Shown here piece after piece: positions 1 through 12,387 of a DNA stretch of 64,000 nucleotides; position 1 is the stretch's first letter; each line of letters begins with the position of its first letter. The notes under the pieces were generated by a model. That model had not been told where the DNA came from. It made no database searches and saw nothing but the letters and a program-made list of their open reading frames with translations. A program made the translations under genes and the position numbers. The DNA comes from Podarcis gaigeae (taxonomy: Eukaryota), in the NCBI GenBank assembly GCA_964106915.2, contig OZ066915.1. One strand, 5' to 3'.

Positions 1-449
1 CTGTCTGCATTTGACATTGACTCCGGGAGACTCATAAGCAGATCTGGATTGAGAGAACCATCTCCTGTGATTTAGCTTTGGCTCCTGATACTCAGAAATA
101 TGTTTAAAGCTTTCATAGTGGCTTCATAATACAAGCCAGGATTTAAAGAACTACTTCAAACTATTTTCTTGGGTGTGCTGTTCCCCAGTGGGAATTTTTT
201 CTTTGAAGAGCAGAACATCTCCCCTCCAATACTTCATCACAAAGTGCTTTTGAAATTCTCCTTTATTTCAAAAGCATATTGGTAGGTAGCATGGAGAAAC
301 ACAAGGCAATTTTTACCTTGTGCACATGGAATAATTATTCTCTTCCAACAAATACCTGCTTTAAATTGGGACTAGGGTCTGCATTGGTTTTAGATGTTTT
401 CTTGTTTGTATGCTTGCCGCCCTTGGCTCCTTTGGGAGGCGGGGAGGGA

Positions 450-492
450 AACTACAACTACTATTGCTGCTGCTACTGCTACTACTACTATT
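450..492. repeat. Imperfect (CTA/CTG)n trinucleotide microsatellite
   Basis: actacaactactattgctgctgctactgctactactactatt; source of the spurious poly-Y/C and poly-T/A ORFs. Confidence 0.8.
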
Positions 493-929
493 GCGAGTAG
501 GTATAGTCCACCAGGACACAAGCCACAGAGCCATAGGTACTGCATCATGTCCTTAGGTTTCCATTTTTATTTAGATAGCCCTTTGGCCCATAACTTGTAA
601 TTTTGTTGAGACAAAATGAGGTTTTAGCTAGTTGTTTTTATTTATGCCTTATCTGCTTTTCTTTTCTTTGTATTTTATTGTATTGTTTTTAATTACTGTT
701 AGCTGCTTTGAGTACCATTTGGGGGAAACGTAGACTACAAACCTAACAAGAAATGAATTGTACCTCATTTACATGGCCATTTCCTTCTGCTCAAGTGTTG
801 TAGCTTCAGTGGTTTTGTTGTTATTAAGCAGGGTGTTCCTAAATATTAAGAGTGCAATCATATGTATGTCTACTGAGAAGAAAGGCACATTGAATTCAAT
901 GAGACTTATTTCCAGGTAAGGGTGTACAA

Positions 930-1061
930 CAGGGGTGGGCAACTTGTGGCCCTCCAGATCTTGCTGGACTACATCAGCCCTAAGCATTGGCCAATTTATG
1001 ATGGGACTGATGAGAGATGACGTTCAAAAGCATTCAGAGGGCCACAGGTTACCCTTCCATG
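930..1061. mobile_element. Degraded palindromic hAT-type MITE
   Basis: Starts CAGGGGTGGGCAACTTGTGGCCCTC and ends GAGGGCCACAGGTTACCCTTCCATG (imperfect inverted termini); core resembles the copies at 50100 and 56658. Confidence 0.6.
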
Positions 1062-1374
1062 GTCTATATGTTTGCAGTCCAAATGTGATAGCCACTGCTT
1101 GCATACCTTTGCAACCTCACAACTGTGTTTTAGGAAGAACTACTACTCCTTACTGAATTCTCTGGAAACATGGGTGCAACTGGTGAAAGAGGGGGAATCC
1201 CTTGATACCTTATCTGAGTCTTGAAATTATGCATCTCCGCTTAATGCAGCAGATATATGATGTTGAATTGTTGCCTTTGTAACCCTAGACATAGAGATTC
1301 CTAAATTAGTGAATATTACATGTTCACCTGAATACCAGCAAGCCTTACTTATGTGTGTAATTTCATATGTTCCT

Positions 1375-1378
1375 TTCT

Positions 1379-1418
<40 letters not shown>
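1375..1418. repeat. (TTTC)n microsatellite just upstream of an SLC6A6 splice acceptor
   Basis: About 11 TTTC units seen directly. Confidence 0.95.
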
Positions 1419-1433
1419 TTTTAAAAAAATCAG

Positions 1434-1668
1434 GAATAGGTTATGCTTCCATAGTGATCGTGTCGCTTTTGAATGTGTATTACATCATCATCCTGGCTTG
1501 GGGACTGTACTATCTATTCCACTCTTTTACAAGTAAGCTGCCTTGGGCTTTCTGCGACCAAGAGTGGAACACAAAAAACTGCATAGAAGACACTCTCAGG
1601 AAGAACAAAACCCTCTGGTTGTCACTGAATACCACTAACTTCACTTCTCCTGTGACAGAGTTTTGGGA
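1434..1668 (+). CDS. SLC6A6: Taurine transporter SLC6A6, internal coding exon (TM3 and EL2: [23 protein letters not shown]...[11 protein letters not shown])
   Basis: cag|GAATAGG acceptor and GA|gtaagc donor; 235 nt; translation matches TauT TM3/EL2. Confidence 0.96.
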
Positions 1669-3846
1669 GTAAGCAATTTTAATTGTTGCTCTTTGGAGAA
1701 CTTTATAAGAGACATAGAACATAGAGTAAAATGGTGCCTGACTAAAATTGTAAGGGGAAGTATGGGGTTACTTACCTACTTCTGTAGGAGTTTTGGGTTA
1801 TTATTGCAAATGTTTTATTATTACTAATTTTAATTATTGTCTTATGATATTTGGGTATCTTTTAACATCTCTATTTACTGTTCTGAATTCTGCAAGGAGG
1901 AAGGGCAGAGTATAAGAATAATACATGAGTAAGTCATGTTATAGTCTCAGAGACAATGCACACACCTGATATTCCTGTTTTGATTATGATTATGTGATTT
2001 AGCACTATTCAGATAAAGTTTCAAGTTGACTCTGTGAATGATGGCCTTGATTCACCATGCATTTTATACAGATATTTAACCATTGCACAAGGAATGTCAT
2101 CTATGTGGGAGGTATTTGTTAACTTATTACACAGAAAGGCCTTAACAAAGAACTTTGCATTTTACATTAATTTTTAAAAATAATTTACATTTTACATGCA
2201 TTTTACATTAATTTTTAAAAATAACTTTTTTATTGGTGTGTTTTTTTTGCATCTTAATTTAATGATAAACATTCAGTAATCTTATAACTACCATATGTTA
2301 TATGTATTAACAGATTGAGGTCAACTGCATTGCCCTGAGCTAGCTAATAAGTTACATAACTCAGAATAATTTATGTTGCCTTGTAAATATGTAAACCTCT
2401 TTATCATGTGTTAATTCACTTGAGTTTGGTACATTCAGAAGACAACAGTCCTACTGTGAATGAAATAATCCTTAGAAGCTGTTACAATGCTTGAATTATG
2501 AAGTCAAGTGCTCTTTATTAGGTGGAATGTTTCCTGAAATCTTTATCAGTTGTACTTGCTGAACACTAAACTTCTCAGGCATGGTTGGCTTTATTGAAAT
2601 GTTCACCTTTGTATGCTAAGTGACATCTTCCTCTTAGCAGTGCTGCTGATTGTGCATTGGAGGCCATCATTATATCTTATTTGAGCTAATGGTCTGTGTA
2701 AATCTCATGCTTGTTTGAGCAGCAGTCATAGGGGATAAGCAAATCTGGCTTTATTTCCAGTGTCTTACCTCTTGGGATTACATCACATGCTTTGATTTCT
2801 TAGTTGTGAAGATTTTATTTCATAGTATATGGTTGCAAACATAATGAAACAGTAAGAAGCAGGGGGCAATTACCAGTAAACAAGAACTTTGATTGTTCCC
2901 TGCTACCAACCAAAAGCTTATAAGTGCTTAGGACTCAGCAGGCTTGGTTCATGTGAAATCTCAGGAAGCTGATCACATGCTTCAGACATGCAAATCTAAT
3001 AAGAGCTGAATAAAACGAAGCAAAATCCGCTTTTGGCTCATGTACACTTGATGCTAGCCATAAATCTAGCAAAATGTTTTTGCTCTTTTCCTTCTTATGA
3101 GTGAGATCCTTGGGAACAGCTAGTTTATTATCCCCCATTTCTATTTTAAACAGTTCTTCATCATAGCTGAAATGGGACACGCTTCAGAAGTTACACAACT
3201 CCCCTAGTTCTGTGTTTTGTTTACTTATTAAAATGGATGTCTGTGTGATTATAGTGCTGTGATAGAAGCAGGCTGCTATCCTGTTCCCTTACCCCCCCCT
3301 AACCAAATTTATCTAAAATAATGATGATTGATTTGTTTACAATTTAGAAATACTAAGAAGTTGTACAGGTGGGTTTGTGGGTTGATTTTTTTATTTTAAA
3401 AAACCAATTCTTTTCATTAGTTTTAGAGTAGCCCCATCAGATTCAAAGAGCATGTGCACGTGTACATGGCACCAAACTGGGAAGTGACCAGAAAATGTCA
3501 CTAAAGGGGCGGAATGGAATACTTTACGTGGGCCCCGCCAACATGCTCAGGAGTCCAGCATGTAACCCCTGTGCAAAGCAAGGATTGCCTGTAGACAAAT
3601 GGATTCAGTTCCAAGTATTCCAGAGTGAACAGAATAGTTTTAACAAGCTGAGGGATAATTATCACTCGCAGCTCTTTGGAAGACTACAAATAGAACAATG
3701 GGCCTTTCCCATGTGTCCAGTTAATCTGTTTAGGCAACATGGGAAGTATCATTCTGCTTTTAAAGACTGGTTCTTGTGAAGCAGCTGTTCAGTTTGTTTT
3801 ATCACACCTTTTGTCTTGTTTCTTTCCTTTTTTTTAATCCTTTAAG

Positions 3847-3979
3847 GCACAACATATTGAGCTTGTCTTCAGGAATTGATGAGCCTGGTGTTGTCAAGTG
3901 GGACCTGGCACTATGTCTCCTCCTTGTCTGGGTGATATGTTTCTTTTGCATTTGGAAAGGTGTAAAGTCCACTGGGAAA
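3847..3979 (+). CDS. SLC6A6: SLC6A6 coding exon ([44 protein letters not shown])
   Basis: aag|G acceptor, AAA|gtaagt donor; 133 nt; phase matches both neighbours; [12 protein letters not shown]6 motif. Confidence 0.96.
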
Positions 3980-4457
3980 GTAAGTGCTCTCAGCCTCTCC
4001 CCTTGCAATTATAACTGCCTTGTTTCTTGGAGCGCTGGTATTGGCAAGTCCAAAAAGAAAATGTTCTCTTTGGATCCAAGTTCCTCTCAGTCCCACAGTG
4101 CATCTCAAACTGAGGGGAAAGCTTGAACAAACTTCCAAGCTTGCTCAATCTTTCCCCCACTTTTTGCTCCATAGTTTCCAATAAGAGGGAAAATGAGGTG
4201 TTAAAAAGGCCAGAGAAATTCAAAACATTACTCTGCCTTAACTTCTGTTCGATACCAGCAGAGCATAATCTGCCTTTGAATTCCACCCTCTTTACACACA
4301 TACACTTTAGGTTTATAGCTGAAGTGTTTAAATAGGTTCAGAAGTTAGTTTTATGCAGTGGTTTTGCACACTCTCCACATCATCTTGGGCTTAAAATGAT
4401 TGAATTGCCTTCTTACTTAGCAAAGGCTAAGTTCCCAATGTTATTTTGAACCTTTCC

Positions 4458-4780
4458 TAGAATCATAGAATTGTTGAGTTGGAAGGGACCTTGAGGGTCA
4501 TCTAGTCCAGGGGTCAGCAAAACTTTTTCAGCAGGGTGCCAGCCCACTGTCCCTTAGACCTTGTGGGGGGCCGGACTATATTTTTTGGGGGGGAAATCCT
4601 ATGCCCCACAAATAACCCAGAGATGCATTTTAAATAAAAGGACACATTCTACTCATGTAAAAACACACTGATTCCCAGACCGTCCGTGGGCCAGATTTAG
4701 AAGGCGATTGGGTCGCATCCAGCCCCTGGGCCTTAGTTTGCCTGCCCATGATCTAGTCTAACCCCTGTAATGCAGGATTC
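4458..4780 (-). mobile_element. CR1-type 3' tail (SINE/LINE end), interrupted by a hAT MITE
   Basis: tagaatcatagaattgttgagttggaagggaccttgagggtcatctagtc...aacccctgtaatgcagga is the reverse complement of the SINE tail seen at 54340-54390 and 61010-61075. Confidence 0.7.
4508..4750. mobile_element. Non-autonomous hAT (Charlie/Buster-type) DNA transposon
   Basis: Perfect 8-bp TSD ATCTAGTC (4500-4507, 4751-4758); imperfect terminal inverted repeats CAGGGGTCAGCAAA / TTTGCCTGCCCATG. Confidence 0.88.
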
Positions 4781-5484
4781 ACAACGTGGCTGAAGCCATA
4801 CCGAGCCCTGCAAATATGGTAGCAATTTTATTACTGCACCTCAACATATTCCTTGTTTATCCAAGGATGAAGGATGCATTTATTTATTACATTGTTTCCT
4901 CTGTGAACTCTTTGGCTAGACCCACTCAAAACTTGGAAAAAGTTCAGAAACTCTCCTAACATCTGGCTTCTGTTTTTTAGTTGTTTCTCCAAGGTCATAG
5001 CTGTTGAACATTCTTAGATTTTTTCTTTTTCTTTGAATTGATGACCAGGCCTCTTTGATTTTCCACATTTGTCAACAGTGTACTTCTGGAAGATAGTTCC
5101 TTGCCCAATGATAATAATTAGAAAGCAGTCAAGTCTCCCTTCATTTTAAACATTTTTAAAAAGAAAAAAGTACATAAATTTGAATGTCCAGCCTCTCTCT
5201 CTCTTTTTTTTAATCCAAAAAGCAATTTGCATAGCTCAGTGTTTGTTCTGACTGAAAATATTTCTCTTACAATTCACATTGGCAAAATATGCAAGGTTGG
5301 CTTAGTTTGAAATAATTTCTCAGTAACAATCTTGGGGTGAAAAAGCTGATGAGTTTTGTTTCTTTAAGTCAGTTTGAGTCACTTGGGGGGGGGGGAGTGA
5401 CTAATGAATGTAGCAATAGTAACAGCTAAAGTTGGTAATTGTGATGAACAAAAAAAAACCTACTTACAAATACTTGTTTAATGT

Positions 5485-5537
5485 AAAGAAGGGGAAATAA
5501 CAAAGGCAAGAAAAGAAGGGGAAATAACAAAGGCAAG
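5485..5537. repeat. Local tandem duplication of 26 bp
   Basis: aaagaaggggaaataacaaaggcaag at 5485-5510 and 5512-5537. Confidence 0.9.
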
Positions 5538-6124
5538 GATTATATTTAAAAGCAAAACAAAATACTTTGGGAAGAAAAATTCAGGAAAAAATTACACACA
5601 GAGAAATGTAATTTACCAAAAGAAAAGCAGGGCATGATATGGAAGGGTGTTGCATTTAGAGATCAGACTGGCTGCAGAAATTATTATGGTGCAACAGGCT
5701 TTGATATCTGCCTGTTAAATCTCCTGAGGTTCACTTAAAAGGCAGGAAGATGCATCTCAGGAGCTTTTATCTTGCTTAACCAATTTCACAAAAACAAAGC
5801 TATATTAAAGTAGCAGAGCTGTAATTGCTGGGTGGCATCATCTGACCCTATTAGCAGAAGAAAGGAACCAAATAAATAAACATAAGTTTGAGGCAGATTT
5901 CCAGAAGGCACACATGTACTTTGGGACAATCATTCAGAGGTAAGCAAGGGGTACAATTCTGCTAGGGTAATCTCTTGTGCATACTGATTTTATACATCAC
6001 CTTCTATTTATTCAGTTTGTGTTACAAGACATTCTCAGTTGATCATGCCCAGGTTCATCCTTTTTCTGTGCTGGATACAATAGGAACAAAGTTAGGTGCC
6101 TTTGATACAGTAGTTCGGTGTTTA

Positions 6125-6250
6125 CAACACTGACTGGCAGCAACTCTCCAGTCTTTGAAGTAGGGGTCCCTCCCAGTCCTACCTGGAAGTGCTGGGGGTT
6201 GAATCTGGGACCTTCTGTGGCAAAAAAATGTTCACCATTGAGCTATGGCA
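6125..6250 (-). mobile_element. Old tRNA-derived SINE fragment (related copies near 14150-14320, 40200-40305, 57170-57370)
   Basis: Shared degenerate tRNA-like head (agctcaatggt...gaaggtcccagattcaacccccagcacttccaggtagg on the - strand); boundaries approximate. Confidence 0.55.
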
Positions 6251-6902
6251 CTTCAGATGATAAGTAAGGAACAGCTCTTTATTGAGTGGGTGGTTGTGAT
6301 CTATATGGGGTGCCACACATCAGTTCCAGTCTTTAGTGAATCTCCTGATGAAGAGTGTTTGATGATATTATAAATACATAAGTTCTATTGAGCATACTAA
6401 GGAAGGAAGGAACACCTCCAGTACTCAAATTTCACTGCTGTATATGTGATTTATTTATTTTAATACTACATTCTTCATTATTGTGGTGAATGCCACCTGT
6501 AGACATCTGTATAATGAGAATGAAGTGTGTTGCCTTGTTGGCCTCACTAGTGGTCCAACCAGCACAGCCCAATGGTCAGAGATGATGGTAGCTGGAGAGC
6601 ACCATGTCAATCATGCCTGACATAGCGGTGATCTGGGGGAACTGGAAACAGAAATGTGACCAGTATTAAAGTCAGCATTAAAGTCCGATAATGTACTTTC
6701 TCTGTCATGATGGATATATGCGCATGCAGTTAAGGGGAACCTGCTGTGATCTACTGAATAATGAAAGCTGAGAGCAAACAGGAGGATAAGAATTGAAGAT
6801 AAGAGATGAGTCCATTTGTAACCTCAAATACTAGGCGTATACAATTAAAATTCTAGCTTTTTATTGTCAAAAAGTGATAACATTTTTCATTTTTAATACC
6901 AG

Positions 6903-7037
6903 GTTGTGTACATAACAGCAACATTCCCATTCATCATGCTTCTTGTACTGTTAATCCGTGGTGTCACTTTACCTGGAGCTTCAACGGGCATCAAGTTTTA
7001 TCTTTACCCTGACATTTCTCGGCTAGCAGATCCACAG
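6903..7037 (+). CDS. SLC6A6: SLC6A6 coding exon ([45 protein letters not shown])
   Basis: cag|GTT acceptor, CAG|gtgggt donor; 135 nt, phase 0-0; absent from the ORF track, translated by hand. Confidence 0.96.
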
Positions 7038-7916
7038 GTGGGTTACTAAAAACTGGAAGTGGTGATACTTTTCTTCCTATGCTGTAAACAAACTGTGAGG
7101 AGGGCAGTGGGATGATGGTGCAGTAGATTTTCTTGTAATCTTGAAGCAGTCAAAACCTAATTGAAGATTACCTCCATGGTGTTATTCCTTTCCACCGTAT
7201 CTTGTCAAAAAGGTTATTATTGTTAATGTGTTAATGCATTTTCCATGTGTGTATATCTTTTTATATCAGAAGGATTCTGAGGCTTGTAGACTCTGTCCAA
7301 ATATAGCATCTCAGCTTTTTTGTTGATATTAGGCTGTGGACAAGGTAAGGGAGATAATTTTTGCTTCAGTCTTTAGCTCTTAAAGGCAGCAAAATTATGG
7401 AGCAGCGAACAGAACGGTAAGGAGCACTTGTGAGTATTTGCAAATGTCCATGTCATATGGACGCCCTTGGGGGAAGGCAGTTAAGGACAGTGAAATAAAA
7501 TGGGAAAATGCTGAATACCTTTCACATTCTTTGTAGAAACTTGCTTCTATGCAAATGTTTGGAAGATAGCACCCTTAGTAAAACTCAGGAGTATAGCACT
7601 TTCTTTTCTTTATTTGCTCCATCTTCAACTGCTTACAAATTATGTGACAGTTTATTTTATGATCTGGTCAGCCACAGGCTCTACCCCATAGCAATGGGGA
7701 AATGCAAAACTGTTAAAGTAGGGTGGGGTGGGGAATGCACATAAGACTATGGTAATATTGTGATACGAGCAGTAAATGAAAAGCAACTTATGATACAAGC
7801 CCGATGAAAATGCCACTGAGTACAATCCATCTGGAACATCATTTATAGCAGCTATGGGAGAGGTTGCTGCTTCTTTATTGTTCTGATTCGTTAAACTCTT
7901 CTCTGTTAGCCTAAGC

Positions 7917-8273
7917 CAGGGCTGGGGAACCCCTTTCAGACCAAGGGTCACATTCCCACCTGGGCAGCCTTCTGTGGGGCAGGGGACACGTGCCAGCGGT
8001 GGGAGGGGACAGTTGCAAAAGTGGATGAAGCAACAAATGCAATTTTTACCTTTGTACAGTGGGACTCATTTCTACACACAGCCCTTGCTATCCTCCGTCC
8101 AGGAAACCAAGAGGCATTGTCATAGTTCAAAGACATATTCCAACAAAGGGAAAACCCTTAAGGGGGATCTGAAATAGTGCTGGTGGAGGGTATGGCCTTG
8201 AGAGTGTTCTAGGCGGTAGACAGAGAGGGCTGGAGGGAAGTGTTTTGCCATCTGGTGAGGTTCCCTACCACTG
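7917..8273. mobile_element. Non-autonomous hAT DNA transposon
   Basis: Perfect 8-bp TSD GCCTAAGC (7909-7916, 8274-8281); termini CAGGGCTGGGGAACC / GGTTCCCTACCACTG. Confidence 0.85.
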
Positions 8274-8719
8274 GCCTAAGCAGAGCGCACTGGGAGACAT
8301 AGTTGGCCACAGCAAGAAAAACCCTAAGAGGTATTGGGAGGAAGCATAGTGCTATCCACCAAAAAGCCTGGGATCCTTAAACCACTGAACTGATCTTGAA
8401 ATGTATCTTGTGTGTATATTAGTCTGCTGGGATCTACAATGGGTGATGCTCAAAACTGGGACTGTATATATGTAATGCTCTGTTGTTTTTGTTTAAAAGA
8501 ACTGATTGCGTTTTGATTCACTTTTATGCCAAAATGTTGTGATATGATATTCAACAGTGTAGGTGCATTCAATAGCTAGCATTTATGAGCGGATTATTTT
8601 AAAGAGACGTCTATTGTTGTCACATTGTGGGGGTTGCATAGTCTGTATTAGCTTTAGATAAATGGCCGGTCCTGGTGCAAAATGCAGCCTTCTAATGGGC
8701 CTTTTCGTGTTTTCTTTAG

Positions 8720-8823
8720 GTCTGGATAGATGCTGGGACGCAAATCTTCTTCTCCTATGCAATCTGCTTAGGTGCAATGACTTCCTTGGGGAGCTACAAT
8801 AAATACAAATACAACTGCTATAG
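8720..8823 (+). CDS. SLC6A6: SLC6A6 coding exon (TM6: [35 protein letters not shown]), with a GC donor
   Basis: tttag|GTC acceptor; AG|gcaagt non-canonical donor; 104 nt; hallmark [12 protein letters not shown] motif. Confidence 0.95.
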
Positions 8824-8931
8824 GCAAGTTTCCTACCAAAGGGGTTTAGTACATGTTAGCTAATTGATGTGTAGGGAACCATGGGTTCAATTTTTTTCTC
8901 CAATTAACTTCCTCCATGACATATGTGTGAC

Positions 8932-9063
8932 NNNNNNNNNNNNNNNNNNNNNNNNNNNNNNNNNNNNNNNNNNNNNNNNNNNNNNNNNNNNNNNNNNNNN
9001 NNNNNNNNNNNNNNNNNNNNNNNNNNNNNNNNNNNNNNNNNNNNNNNNNNNNNNNNNNNNNNN
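8932..9063. other. Assembly gap (132 N), probably hiding the SLC6A6 TM7 exon
   Basis: Run of N; the flanking exons are phase-incompatible (phase-2 donor, phase-1 acceptor) and I found no DC..LGCLNSGTSF...DVAESG exon elsewhere in the intron. Confidence 0.85.
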
Positions 9064-12000
9064 CGATGGTGTCGGTGGCAGTGATGGTGGGCACTGCCAC
9101 CCAGTGTGTGAGCAAAGTAATACAAACCAAATCAACCGCCCCTCTCCCCCTCCCCCCAAAAGGAGATATTTTGAAAAGTAAAATTACTCAGCATTTCAGG
9201 AGACAAAGTCTTAATTTATTTCAATGGGTGTGACAGTTTGAAACGAATTGAAAACATGCAGAAACATAAAATGGAATTGAGTTTAAAAGAAATGCCCAGA
9301 ACAGAGTCAAAAATATGCGAGATGCAAACAGTTTATAAATATATGAACCTCTGTGGTCGCTCTCCATTTGCTTCAATCAAATTCCGAATAGATATGATCG
9401 CCGAAAGCTCCATAGACCCACAGCAAGTGACCTCAAGAGATTATAGCTGTGCTAGGATATGCCTTGAGTTTTATTGCACCGTGTATATTTTAGTGAAGGG
9501 CCATTGCTTTCCATGACAAGGCTGTATAGAAACTAGGAAGAAAGGAGTCCCCCTTTTTGTACCCTTCCTGCCCTCCCAACATATTTTACCTTTGTGCATA
9601 GAGCACTTCCATATACAGGAAACAGTGGATTGATTCCTACACATAATTCCCTGGGATACACGTGCATTAAAAGAACAACATGTCCTTATCTCATTTACTT
9701 TCGAACAAAACATGCATACTTTTCTGGACTTGCCTTGTAACACCTGAGGAAGCACAGCAACTCAAATTATGCCTTCGAAGCCCAGACGTGCTAGACCAAA
9801 TGCTCTTTTCATTGTAGTCTATGTGAACTTACTTAAAACGATAGCACTTAGACTGGCTGGCAGCAATTTCTGCAACTAGCTAGTAAAAAGGGTATTGTAG
9901 AACCCCAGAGGTTTCTGCTGCTCATATCCATTATACACATTTTATTTTTCTCTGTGAGTGCAGGTTTGGCGAGGTTCAAAACAGCTTGAAAAGGCAAGAA
10001 ATGTGCATCGGCATTGGATGTGAAGCCGTTAAAAGGCTGTGACTACCCTAATATTAATGCACACCTCAGGCAGCAAAGGTCACCCATTCGGGTGCTGTGG
10101 GGAAAACTTGTACTGTGATTTTGCCGTGCCATATTGTCAAACAGATTGGTTTTTCTTCCTATAGTGCCATTTTAATAGTGGTGAGGAATGCCAGTGGAGA
10201 TTTGTATATTCCCTCAAATTTTATTTTTCTTTATTTAAGAAACAAGGCTAGTTCTTCAAGGCAGGCAGGCAGGAAAATGAGGGAGCTGGGAATGGCTGTT
10301 AACATCCCAATGCAGTGCTTAACCCTGTTGATTTCAATTAGCTTAAGCTTGCTTAAGGCTGCAATCCTGTGCACACATATCTGAGAGCAAACCACACTGA
10401 ACACAGCAGGTTTTATTCTGAGTAAGCATGTGCTTGTCAGTCTGTTGAAAGATTGTAGCCATCAGATTTAAATGTTTGATGCCTTAGTCTTACACAGCAC
10501 TTTTTTAAATGAAAAAGTGGCTAAGGCTGATGTTAATTTATACCCACTTAGTTCAGTCGGACTTACTTCCAAGTACATGTGGGTAGGAGAATCAGCCTGA
10601 GTAACTTTTTGAGCAGATAAGCAACTGCAGGATACAATAGTTGGCCATAGTGAGCTCCATTGAGAGATAAGCGCAGGAAACCAGTACTTTTTAGCTCTGT
10701 ATGCATAGAACAGCTTGAGGTGAGCATAGTCTCCCCCCTTTTTTTCTTTTAAAAAAGTTAAAATATTTTCAAGGGGAAGTAGAGGAACTGGATTCAGTTC
10801 TATTTCCCTTCCTAAATAACTGACTGATGCAATTTTTATTTTTTTAAAATAATGTATTCAGTCACAGCAGTTGGTTCACAAGAGGGAATAATGTGGATAA
10901 GATCCATTTGTACATTTTGTTCCTTACCCAGCAAGAGATGTTTGTCATGACCTTAAATAACCTTAAATATGCATTTGCCCCAGTGCCACCAATTCAGAGA
11001 AAAGTGGCTGCACTTAATTTCCATTGAAATCAAGGGCACGTCTAACTTAAATCTCATTTATTTTATTGGGTTATGCTCAACTATTTTTTCTGAGGTGAAG
11101 ACCATAGATTCAGGATTGGGGTGCCAGCATTTTTTCATTTTGCTGCACCGATCTGCCTTTCCATTCAGTTTAATGGCATGGAAAATGGAAGGTAGCAGAG
11201 GCATTCAGTGGTGAGTGACAAGGACTAATCTGTGGAGAGAATTCTTCTGCTGTACTTTGTAACAGATAAAGGAAGAAAAACAAAGTAGAGCTATAAACTG
11301 GAATGCCAGTGTATTTTCTTTAAACAAAAGCTTGTATGAAAAGTGTTGATGTAATATTTTCAGTCATCTTTAAAACTACCCAAATACTTTAAACATAAAC
11401 AATAGCGCTTTTTGGCTTTTTCATCCCTATATGATTCTTTATTGCACCTGAATAAGTGTCACCAATATAAACTGAAAGCTCATCTCATTGTATGCATGAC
11501 TGTCACGTGCCATGGAAATGAGCTTGGTTTTGGCTTCTAGTGGCTCATCCACAGTGCAGATATGGAATAATCTACCAATGATTATTAACAATACTAGTTG
11601 AGGGACATTAGCCTTATTTCAGCCACCAGCTTGTTTTCAGAATGAAAAAACAGCAGCTATTGCTTTGTATCTTAAAAGAATACTGCCTACTGATAGCAGC
11701 AAATTGATTCATTATAGACATTGGGTAAGCCATTAACACAATGCAGCTACCAACCCCTTCATAGGAAGGGACGGAGGATTGATTAGATAGTCAAGTCAGT
11801 TTTTCGACTTCCTTTGTTGTGGTATGGAAATGCTTTTTGTTGGCATTGATAGAACTGTGGAGAGGTATAACAGCTCCAAATCTGGCCTGTGGAGCACAAA
11901 TCCCAAACCCTTGAAGGCTATTTTGTTGGTTTTATTTGTCCAAGGAGGGCTGGGGGTTGCGAAAACAAAGAGAACACGTATGGCATTTCCCCCCTCCTCT

Positions 12001-12387
12001 GTTCGTAAAGGAGCACAGGAACCGGTCATCCTATAACTATGTCTCATTTACACCATAAGCCCAGCTGCTCATCTTCTATCTTATTCACTTTCTGCATGAT
12101 GCGTGTAGAGTTTGACCTATTCTTGGCATGTTGAGGCAGATGCTGAGACTGATAGTGGATAAACAATGGCTTTTGAATTTGATTATTGGAGTTCCTGTTC
12201 TAGCAATGCATGCTTCTTTGTCAGATAAAGGATCCAAGTGAATTCCATTCTGGAATCTTCAGTTGGGTTTTGGTTTATCTGAATCGAATCAAGCATGTGT
12301 TCTGGAGAGGCAGAGGGGGTCTTGCCTTTGAGAATGAGCTGCTTACTTATTATGTCTTCTCCTCTTTCTCTCCCTTTATTCCTTTAG

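Noticed and set aside
8798-8803. AATAAA inside an SLC6A6 exon
   Set aside because: It encodes Asn-Lys in a conserved coding motif; no evidence of a cleavage site.
8846-9181. ORFs spanning the N-run
   Set aside because: Artefacts of translating N as X.
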